From assembly GCA_002780235.1 (NCBI GenBank), contig PEVO01000025.1, positions 305-39,139 of the forward strand: a stretch of 38,835 bases of DNA, in the 5' to 3' direction. Made by a program: the position numbers and the translations under genes. The notes under the pieces are model-generated. The model saw only the letters and a list, made by a program, of their open reading frames with translations. It had not been told where the DNA came from and searched no databases. Position 1 is the first letter of the stretch. The number at the start of each line of letters is the position of its first letter. The DNA is from Candidatus Berkelbacteria bacterium CG06_land_8_20_14_3_00_43_10 (GTDB taxonomy: Bacteria > Patescibacteriota > UBA1384 > GWA2-35-9 > CG2-30-43-20). This document shows positions 32,657 to 38,835 of the stretch, piece after piece.

Positions 32657-34063
32657 CTACTTGCTACGTAATACTTTATTAAGCTCCTCTTTGACGATCT
32701 CACGCTCATTCCAAGGTATTAGCTTGTAGCCGTGATCGGCTTTGGGGTCGGCTACCGCCATAACCTCTTCTGCGCCTTTACCGAGGATCAGTACCACATC
32801 ACGTGGCTCGGCAAGTTCCAGCGCTGTGCGGATAGCGAGTCGACGATCTTCGATCAAGAATAATGTTTCATTTAAGACTTTATAGTTTGCGCTTTTTGTC
32901 ATCCCGACTGAAATGGAGGGATCCCTCGGCTTCGCTCGGGATGACACAGGAATTCCTTTTTTAACTTCTTCCATAATTGTCATGGGCGGTTCGTGGTATG
33001 GATCTTCGTTTGTTATGATTACGATGTCCGAGTGCCTGGCGCTAATTGTACCTAAAATTGGGCGTTTGGTTTTATCTCTTGCGCCAGTCGCTCCGTGCAC
33101 GGTAATTACCCTCGCTCTCACGATAGGTGCAATGGCATCAAACACCTTCTCAAACGCATCCGGGGTGTGGGCATAATCAATTATCACGGTAAAGTTTTGC
33201 CCTTCATCGACTTTTTCCATCCGCCCGCGCACCAATTTAATTTCTTCTATTCCATCTCGAATAGTTTCAAGAGCAATGTCGCTTCCGAGCGCAACCCCAA
33301 CCGCGCAGAGCGAATTGCTAATATTAAATTTGCCGGGTAATTGATTATCAATCACAACTTCTCCGATTGGTGTGACGGCGGTAAACATGACTTCTCTTGG
33401 GCTAGCGATGATCTTACGAGTATATAACTCCCCAATCAATCCCGAATTTGAACCCGAATTATCGCGAATACTTTTACTATTTACTGAGTAGAGATACTTT
33501 TTACTTGCTTTTAATTTGGCAAAATCCGGAGCGCTGGGGTCGTCTAAATTAACCACGCTGACCCGCGGGTTATTAACAAACAACAACATTTTGGCATATT
33601 TGTATTCGTTAAAGTTTTTGTGATAGTCCAAATGATCGTGGGTGATGTTGGTAAGCGCGACCGTATCAAACTTAATTCCCCACAGCCGATGTTGTAAAAG
33701 AGCGTGGCTGGTAACCTCAATTATAGCAACTTTGCACCCGGCGTTTTTTGCCTCGCGCAAAAACTTTTGCATGGCAAACGGGCTCATAGTGGTCATTTTA
33801 TTATTGTTTTTTTGCGTTTTGCCGGCAATTTCAAAATCAATGGTTGTCGCCACCGCAGTCTTGTAACCGGCTTTTTTGAAGATGGAGTTGACGAGGTGGG
33901 CAGTAGTGGTTTTGCCATTGGTCCCGGTAATCCCAATCACCTTGATTTTTCGACTCGGCAGTCCATACCAAAACACCGCCAAAATCCCCATCTTCAAATG
34001 ATAGATGTTAAGCATCCAAGCCGGGATGATGGGGCGGAGAAGGTTTTTGATGGTAGTAATCAT
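32657..34063 (-). CDS. murE: Mur ligase, MurE-like
   Basis: 468 aa with GITGTNGKTTT, EVTSHAL and TNITHDHLDYH. The N-terminal domain is short or absent and replaced by a hydrophobic segment. Overlaps the upstream FemAB-family gene by 4 nt. Confidence 0.75.
   Translation of the reverse strand: MITTIKNLLRPIIPAWMLNIYHLKMGILAVFWYGLPSRKIKVIGITGTNGKTTTAHLVNSIFKKAGYKTAVATTIDFEIAGKTQKNNNKMTTMSPFAMQKFLREAKNAGCKVAIIEVTSHALLQHRLWGIKFDTVALTNITHDHLDYHKNFNEYKYAKMLLFVNNPRVSVVNLDDPSAPDFAKLKASKKYLYSVNSKSIRDNSGSNSGLIGELYTRKIIASPREVMFTAVTPIGEVVIDNQLPGKFNISNSLCAVGVALGSDIALETIRDGIEEIKLVRGRMEKVDEGQNFTVIIDYAHTPDAFEKVFDAIAPIVRARVITVHGATGARDKTKRPILGTISARHSDIVIITNEDPYHEPPMTIMEEVKKGIPVSSRAKPRDPSISVGMTKSANYKVLNETLFLIEDRRLAIRTALELAEPRDVVLILGKGAEEVMAVADPKADHGYKLIPWNEREIVKEELNKVLRSK
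32897..32946. repeat. 50-nt nested palindromic element in-frame inside murE
   Basis: TGTCATCCCGA ... TCGGGATGACA flanks the 12-nt palindrome GAGGGATCCCTC. It encodes VSSRAKPRDPSISVGMT. Confidence 0.7.
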
Positions 34064-35118
34064 TTTCGTCGTATATTTTCTAACAATTTAAAGATAGTAT
34101 ACCAGAAAGGTCTCATTTTCAAATCATACGAGCCGAGGCGGGCGATGCTTTTGCCACCAAACTGTTGTTTAAAGCGGGTTAAGTTGGCGAATTTGTGATT
34201 AGGTTGATCGGGCGGGGCGATGGCGAGTAGGTCGTAGGTTTGGCAGTTTTGAGTTTTGGCGTATTTCATAACTTCGTAGTGCAAAAGATAAGGCGCCATG
34301 AGTTCTTTGCGCTCCAAGCTGGACCCGCCGTAGAGATAGCTGGCAACGCCGCCGTGGATTAGTGTTATTGAGCCGGCGAGGGGGGTGGAAGTGATAGATT
34401 GCTTCGTCGCAGTGCTCCTCGCAATGACAGAGGGTGGGACCGCAATGACAGAGGGTGGGCTCGTAGTGGCGGGGGTATAGGCAATGCTTAAAATGATTTC
34501 ATCTTTAAAGTTCTCTAACAGTTTTTCGAAATAACTATAACTGCGTCCGCTGATTGATTTGCGATCGGCGGTTTTTTGATAAAGGTCGTAGACTATTTTG
34601 AGTTTTTCCAACGCAGTAGCATCGTCGCCTGTGGTGATTTCTACCCGGACGCCTTTTTTTTGCGCTAAACGAGTATTGTAACGCCCTTTCTCCTTCATAT
34701 TGTGCAAAATATCCGTTTCGCTTTGGGTAAGGTCGATAATTTGGCGGTGTTCCGGCTGGAGTTCCTCGAACGCTTTGACAAAATGGTTTTCTTTGAGTTT
34801 TTGTTTAATTGCCTCGGCATTTCCGCCGTCAACATTATTAAGAATTTCCAACCGCAGGAACATCGGTTTTTTTTCTTTCGCAAATAAAACTAATTTCTCC
34901 AGTAAACTCGAATCATGTATCATTACTTCCGGCACATACATCATCAACTGGTTAATGTATGGCAACTGGCGCGACAAAACAAAAACATCGCCAACAGTGT
35001 CGGCTTTCCACCCAAACGCACTCTTAAAAGTAGCCCAACTTTGAGTTTGGAGGTATGAGGTTTGCGTTTTACTTTCGTTTTCTAATTCTTTATTCATGGT
35101 TTGACTAGTCTCTGTCAT
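34060..35118 (-). CDS. FemAB-family peptidoglycan interpeptide-bridge aminoacyltransferase
   Basis: 352 aa. YLQTQSWATFKSAFGW, KGRYNTRLAQKKGV and GGVASYLYGGSS.. are typical of the FemX/FemAB family. Confidence 0.75.
   Translation of the reverse strand: MTETSQTMNKELENESKTQTSYLQTQSWATFKSAFGWKADTVGDVFVLSRQLPYINQLMMYVPEVMIHDSSLLEKLVLFAKEKKPMFLRLEILNNVDGGNAEAIKQKLKENHFVKAFEELQPEHRQIIDLTQSETDILHNMKEKGRYNTRLAQKKGVRVEITTGDDATALEKLKIVYDLYQKTADRKSISGRSYSYFEKLLENFKDEIILSIAYTPATTSPPSVIAVPPSVIARSTATKQSITSTPLAGSITLIHGGVASYLYGGSSLERKELMAPYLLHYEVMKYAKTQNCQTYDLLAIAPPDQPNHKFANLTRFKQQFGGKSIARLGSYDLKMRPFWYTIFKLLENIRRK
34387..34470. repeat. repeat element in-frame inside the FemAB-family gene
   Basis: GATTGCTTCGTCGCAGTGCTCCTCGCAATGAC plus the direct repeat CGCAATGACAGAGGGTGGG x2. 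It encodes ATTSPPSVIAVPPSVIARSTATKQSITS. Related words occur at 35290-35335. Confidence 0.65.
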
Positions 35119-35345
35119 CGCGAGGGCTTTAGCCCGTGGCGATCTATTGTATTGATAAATTTACGACTTACGCACTTTAATCGTCATTCTCGAGCCGAAA
35201 GTGGAGCGCTTCGACATCGGGAATCCAAACTATCTAGATTCCGCATCATGTGCAGAATAACAGAAAAGAATATTTTGCGTAAGTCGTAAGATTGCTTCGA
35301 TTCGCTCGCAATGACGGGGTGGGCTCGGCAATGACAATATTTTTA
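35110..35345. repeat. intergenic cluster of small palindromic repeats
   Basis: Contains TGTCATCGCGAGGGCTTTAGCCCGTGGCGATC, GTCATTCTCGAGCCGAAAG.. and GATTGCTTCGATTCGCTCGCAATGACGGGGTGGGCTCGGCAATGACA. These belong to the same families as the intragenic inserts. Confidence 0.65.
35161..35289. mobile_element. MITE-like unit bounded by 14-bp perfect inverted repeats
   Basis: TTACGACTTACGCA (35161-74) pairs with TGCGTAAGTCGTAA (35276-89). The 101-nt interior has no coding capacity. Confidence 0.35.
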
Positions 35346-35421
35346 CGCTTACAATGACGCTAAAGCGATGCAAAGTTGCTTAACCCTTTATCGCGTGACT
35401 TTATTCTATCCGATTTCAGGG

Positions 35422-35455
35422 ATAAAAAAAAGACCGCCCATGAGACATTGGGCGG
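35422..35455 (-). terminator. intrinsic terminator of the small-gene operon
   Basis: The minus strand reads CCGCCCA-ATGTCTCA-TGGGCGG followed by TCTTTTTTTT. Confidence 0.6.
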
Positions 35456-35487
35456 CTTGACAATACAATAATTAGATTAGATGGATG

Positions 35488-35739
35488 TTATAAGCTCTCC
35501 TGCTGTTGGAAGAAGTATATTCCTTCGAAATCGAAGGACAGGATTCTCCGTTCGATACGAAGATCGCGAACTTTGTTTCCGCATTCGAGCGGAAAAGTCA
35601 TATCAATTCCCGACTCGATCCACTCATGGATCTGCTGGGACAAATCCTCGGGAATTGAGATACTACCAATTTCCTTGTCTTTATCAAAAAATGCTACGAG
35701 GCAGGAATCGTCCATCTCAAACATTTGGTAGTAGTTCAT
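35488..35739 (-). CDS. hypothetical small acidic protein (operon gene 4)
   Basis: 83 aa with AAGGAG 7 nt upstream of the ATG. Confidence 0.55.
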   Translation of the reverse strand: MNYYQMFEMDDSCLVAFFDKDKEIGSISIPEDLSQQIHEWIESGIDMTFPLECGNKVRDLRIERRILSFDFEGIYFFQQQESL

Positions 35740-35774
35740 CGTTTCATCTCCTTATTTCTCCACCAATCTACGAC

Positions 35775-35972
35775 CTACTTGACCATCTCTTCCGGCAAGA
35801 AAGCCAGAGAGAATCCTTGTTTGCTGACCGTGACGTTGCCGTCTTTGTCTTTGTCCAGACGAAAACCGCAACCCAAGACAGCTCTTCCTTCCCCCGCAGA
35901 CGAGGAAAGTAAGTTCATAAAACTGCACGAATAATAGCCCAGTGACCCGTCATCATCAACTTTCATCGGCAT
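35775..35972 (-). CDS. hypothetical small protein (operon gene 3)
   Basis: 65 aa from ATG 35972, chosen because AAGGAGG lies 9 nt upstream. The longer ORF to 36089 overlaps gene 2. Confidence 0.5.
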   Translation of the reverse strand: MPMKVDDDGSLGYYSCSFMNLLSSSAGEGRAVLGCGFRLDKDKDGNVTVSKQGFSLAFLPEEMVK

Positions 35973-36165
35973 TGGTATTTGTTTCCTCCTTGGAATTAAC
36001 TGTATTTCCAGCCCTTGGACCTCTATATTCGTCGTCCCAAGCCCGAGGTTTGTCTTTTGTAAATGCTCCACACTCGGTGCATATGGCAAATTTTGCCATA
36101 GGTGAGCGTGCCAAAATTGCTTTCATCTCTTTTTTGCATATCCGGCACTTAGCATATCTGTTCAT
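35956..36165 (-). CDS. zinc-ribbon small protein (operon gene 2)
   Basis: 69 aa with CRIC and CTEC pairs. AAGGAGG lies 4 nt upstream. Confidence 0.55.
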   Translation of the reverse strand: MNRYAKCRICKKEMKAILARSPMAKFAICTECGAFTKDKPRAWDDEYRGPRAGNTVNSKEETNTNADES

Positions 36166-36180
36166 GGTACCTCCTTGGAT

Positions 36181-36444
36181 TCAGTTTCGGTGTCTCTCGA
36201 TAAGTTCCTTGGTGGTGATACCAATCATCGATACATCGCCGCCAGGGACCTCGAGGAAAAGGATACCATCATCATGCTCATTAACACAGGTATGGCAGAT
36301 GCGTGTTTTGAGTATCCTCCCGTGTGAATCAAGAACGACTGGTGCGACAACGGTATTGGTGATATCTTTAGTTTCCGTGCAATAGTTACATGGGTAAACC
36401 GATGAAGTTGGTTGTTGGTAAGCAACCCGAATTCCCTTAAACAT
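36181..36444 (-). CDS. zinc-ribbon small protein (operon gene 1)
   Basis: 87 aa with CNYC and CHTC pairs and an AAGGA-type SD. Confidence 0.55.
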   Translation of the reverse strand: MFKGIRVAYQQPTSSVYPCNYCTETKDITNTVVAPVVLDSHGRILKTRICHTCVNEHDDGILFLEVPGGDVSMIGITTKELIERHRN

Positions 36445-36549
36445 TCGTTTTTTTCCTTGTTAATAATTGCTTCCTCTGGATATTTGGGTTACAATGCCGC
36501 AGATAGACTGAAATAATGATGTTACAGCAAAATTGATAATAAATCACCC

Positions 36550-38052
36550 ATGAAACAAAAAAACTTGCGAATTCTAGCAATTGAGTCAAGTTGCGACGAA
36601 ACTTCGGCGGCAATTATTGAGGGTTCGGATTCTCCGGTTATTAAGTCGAATATCATAGCCAGTCAGATTGATTTGCACAAAATCACCGGCGGGGTGGTGC
36701 CGGAGGTTGCGGCGCGGGCGCACTGCGAAGCGATTATTCCGGTTATCGAGCAATCTCTCGCTCCGCTCGAAATAGAGCTCTTTGGTAAAAAGTCAGACCA
36801 GACGATCCGCAACGTTCTGCCCTACATTGATGCTATCGCCGTAACTGTTGGTCCGGGTTTGGTCGGGTCGCTTTTGGTGGGCGTGGAAACCGCCAAAGCC
36901 CTGGCGTTTGCTGGCGGGAAGCCGCTAATACCAGTGAATCACCTTGAAGGACATATTTTTGCTGCGATGCAGCAAGTATTAAACTCTAAACCCGAAGCTC
37001 TCCTTCGACAAGCTCAGGATGGTGAGCAAAGTCGAACCATAAACTCTAAGCAAACTTCAAACCTCAAAGTACAAAATTCAAAACAGTTTGAAAAATTGGA
37101 TATTTCGAAATTAAATATTGTTTCGAATTTAGAGTTTAGAATTTCGAATTTGTTACCAGCAATTGCATTGCTGGTAAGTGGCGGTCACACAGAACTCGTG
37201 CTTATCAAAGATATGTTTGATTACGAGATTATCGGGCAGACACTCGATGATGCGGCAGGCGAGGCGTTTGATAAAGTAGCAAGTTTGCTGGGGCTGGAAT
37301 ACCCGGGCGGACCGGCTATATCCGCGCTTGCGGAAGAATTTGTGAAAAACTCTAAATCCCAAACTCCCCGCCTGCCATCGACTTGGCATGTCGGGCAGGT
37401 AAACTCTAAACAAATTAAAAGTTTAAAACTTCAAACTTCAAACTTGGAACTTGCTTCGAATTTAGAATTTAGAACTTCGAGTTTTAAGTTGCCTCGACCA
37501 ATGCTAAAAAGTGGTGACCTCAATTTTTCCTTTTCCGGACTTAAAACAGCTGTAGTGAATTTGGTTAAGCAGTTAGAAAGTAATCGAGACGGGATCTCCT
37601 CGCAAACCCACCTCGGAGGTGGAGGAGCGAAGCGGGATCTCCTCCGAGGTGAAAAACAAGCTATCGCCTATGAATTTCAAGAAGCGGTAGCGGAAGTTCT
37701 CGTCGAAAAATCCTATCAGGCATATCAAAAACTATCAACTATGAACTATAAACTTTCAACTATTCTCTTAACCGGCGGAGTGAGTGCCAACAAACGCTTG
37801 CGGCAGTCGTTTAAAGAACGATTTGGTGACAAACTGCTCATCTCGCCGGTAGAGCTCTGTGGTGATAATGCGGGGATGATAGGACTTGCTGCTTTTTATA
37901 GATATAAAAAGCAAATTATAAATAACAAATCCCAAATTTCAAATAAATTTCAAATTCAAAACTCTAAACCCATTCTAAAATCTATAATCTATAATCTAAA
38001 ATCTGCCTTCCCGTGGAAGGCTGTCGATGTTGATCCGAATTTAGAATTATAA
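36550..38052 (+). CDS. tsaD: tRNA N6-adenosine threonylcarbamoyltransferase, with four in-frame insertions
   Basis: ILAIESSCDET, HLEGH, LLVSGGHT, DDAAGEAFDK, GGVSAN and CGDNAGMIG all occur in the right order. It is 500 aa, against about 340 aa for typical TsaD. Confidence 0.9.
   Translation: MKQKNLRILAIESSCDETSAAIIEGSDSPVIKSNIIASQIDLHKITGGVVPEVAARAHCEAIIPVIEQSLAPLEIELFGKKSDQTIRNVLPYIDAIAVTVGPGLVGSLLVGVETAKALAFAGGKPLIPVNHLEGHIFAAMQQVLNSKPEALLRQAQDGEQSRTINSKQTSNLKVQNSKQFEKLDISKLNIVSNLEFRISNLLPAIALLVSGGHTELVLIKDMFDYEIIGQTLDDAAGEAFDKVASLLGLEYPGGPAISALAEEFVKNSKSQTPRLPSTWHVGQVNSKQIKSLKLQTSNLELASNLEFRTSSFKLPRPMLKSGDLNFSFSGLKTAVVNLVKQLESNRDGISSQTHLGGGGAKRDLLRGEKQAIAYEFQEAVAEVLVEKSYQAYQKLSTMNYKLSTILLTGGVSANKRLRQSFKERFGDKLLISPVELCGDNAGMIGLAAFYRYKKQIINNKSQISNKFQIQNSKPILKSIIYNLKSAFPWKAVDVDPNLEL
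36976..37149. repeat. tsaD insert 1 (aa 143-200)
   Basis: AAACTCTAAAC words plus the palindromic unit TTCGAC-N21-GTCGAA (encoding LRQAQDGEQSRT) plus TTTCGAATTTAGAGTTTAGAATTTCGAATTT. It lies between the HLEGH and LLVSGGHT motifs. Confidence 0.7.
37348..37482. repeat. tsaD insert 2 (aa 267-311)
   Basis: Inverted repeat CCTGCC..GGCAGG plus AAACTCTAAAC / CTTCAAACTT / GAATTTAGAA words. Confidence 0.65.
37585..37650. repeat. tsaD insert 3 (aa 346-367)
   Basis: Perfect 11-bp inverted repeat CACCTCGGAGG / CCTCCGAGGTG, with GGGATCTCCTC repeated twice. Confidence 0.65.
37915..38004. repeat. tsaD insert 4 (aa 456-485)
   Basis: Low-complexity AAATTTCAAAT / AAACTCTAAAC / AATCTATAATCTAAAATCT words encoding IINNKSQISNKFQIQNSKPILKSIIYNLKS. 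Confidence 0.6.
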
Positions 38053-38064
38053 AGTTAGGGAACG

Positions 38065-38442
38065 TTACCTGATTGAGATAACTTCGATCGGCAGCTTGAG
38101 TTTTTCCCAGCTACTGTCGGCGGTAAGAATGGGGCATTTTTTACTGATAGCGGTTGCCAAACAGATGCGATCGCCGAGGGATAGGAACATATTTTTGGGA
38201 TGAGTGATTTCTGCTGCGATAAGAGCAATTTCTTTAGAGCAGTCAATCACTTCTAACTTTAAGCTTGATAGTTGAGAGGTAATTTCATCTCCGGGAAAAT
38301 GGTAAAACTTAAATATTATAAGCGTTTCAGCAAGATTTACGCAACTGATGCCGGTCGACTGCTTAAGAAGTCCACCTACCACGGTATCACCTTTTTCGAA
38401 CTTAAAGTATGCGATGAGTGCCGAGGAATCGAGTACAATCAT
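38065..38442 (-). CDS. vapC: PIN-domain toxin (VapC-like)
   Basis: 125 aa with MIVLDSSALIAYF and ILTADSSW. Overlaps the upstream antitoxin gene by 4 nt. Confidence 0.8.
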   Translation of the reverse strand: MIVLDSSALIAYFKFEKGDTVVGGLLKQSTGISCVNLAETLIIFKFYHFPGDEITSQLSSLKLEVIDCSKEIALIAAEITHPKNMFLSLGDRICLATAISKKCPILTADSSWEKLKLPIEVISIR

Positions 38443-38726
38443 ACATAACCTTCCCTTATTGCTTCTTTCTTGCGATCTTCTATTAGTTCCTCGGAAAGCA
38501 TTTTTTCTCCTGGCTTCCAGCGATATTTACTATTTTTTTTTCTAAGATTTTCCCAAGCTTTGAGTTTTTCTTTTTGTTCATCAGCCAGCACAAGCTGATC
38601 ATTTTTGATAAAGATAACAAATCTAACACCCGGTTCTATATTGAGTCGTTTGCGTATCAATGCCGGTATCATCACCCTTCCATTGGGTTCCATTTTTGTT
38701 GTGGCAGATAATGTATGTTTTGTCAT
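38439..38726 (-). CDS. vapB: AbrB/MazE-type antitoxin (VapB-like)
   Basis: Contains NGRVMIPALIRKRLNIEPGVRFVI. The start is set at ATG 38726, directly after the promoter; the ORF is open to 38762. Confidence 0.7.
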   Translation of the reverse strand: MTKHTLSATTKMEPNGRVMIPALIRKRLNIEPGVRFVIFIKNDQLVLADEQKEKLKAWENLRKKNSKYRWKPGEKMLSEELIEDRKKEAIREGYV

Positions 38727-38732
38727 ATTTAT

Positions 38733-38762
38733 AGTATATGACAGAAATATATAATCTGTCAA
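38733..38762 (-). promoter_or_regulatory. vapBC-4 promoter, predicted leaderless, with embedded palindrome
   Basis: On the minus strand: TTGACA, 18-nt spacer, TATACT, then 6 nt to the ATG. TGACAG-N11-CTGTCA spans the -35 and spacer. Confidence 0.45.
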
Positions 38763-38835
38763 TGGGTACGACTTAGATAACGAAATATCTTACCGTAGCA
38801 TCCTTCGTTAGCTCATTAATAATCTTACCTAAATA

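Overview
This is a 38.8-kb bacterial window using the standard genetic code; TGA is a working stop, since the dnaX TGA overlaps the dnaB ATG. Several traits suggest a small-genome Patescibacteria/CPR-like organism (inference only): a stand-alone 5'-3' exonuclease, a FemAB-family gene next to murE, Lys-rich extensions on S15 and S20, and many tiny palindromic or low-complexity repeats that also sit in-frame inside essential genes. The left core block (1-13.1 kb) holds RNase J, a flippase-like membrane protein, an NrnA-like DHH phosphoesterase, rpsT, lepB, a DUF2207-like membrane protein and a replisome cluster (holA, 5'-3' exonuclease, dnaB, dnaX). An accessory island (about 13.2-25.7 kb) starts with small membrane proteins. 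It then holds a tandem array of three paralogous modules. Each module has a TrmB-like regulator, back-to-back promoters, a conserved SD-sequestering leader, a non-homologous small membrane protein, a conserved terminator and a VapBC pair. The island also contains one decayed module, a NYN-domain pseudogene, a triple-hit ABC exporter pseudogene and an AbiE pair in reversed gene order. The right core block holds pnp, rpsO and two paralogous membrane-anchored SLT+M15-like cell-wall hydrolase genes, the second frameshifted with degenerate metal ligands. It continues with murE, a FemAB-family gene, a four-gene operon of tiny proteins (two zinc ribbons), a 500-aa tsaD swollen by four in-frame repeat insertions, and a fourth VapBC pair. 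I recognised no rRNA, tRNA, CRISPR array or transposase. All calls come from reading the sequence and ORF translations; no searches were run.
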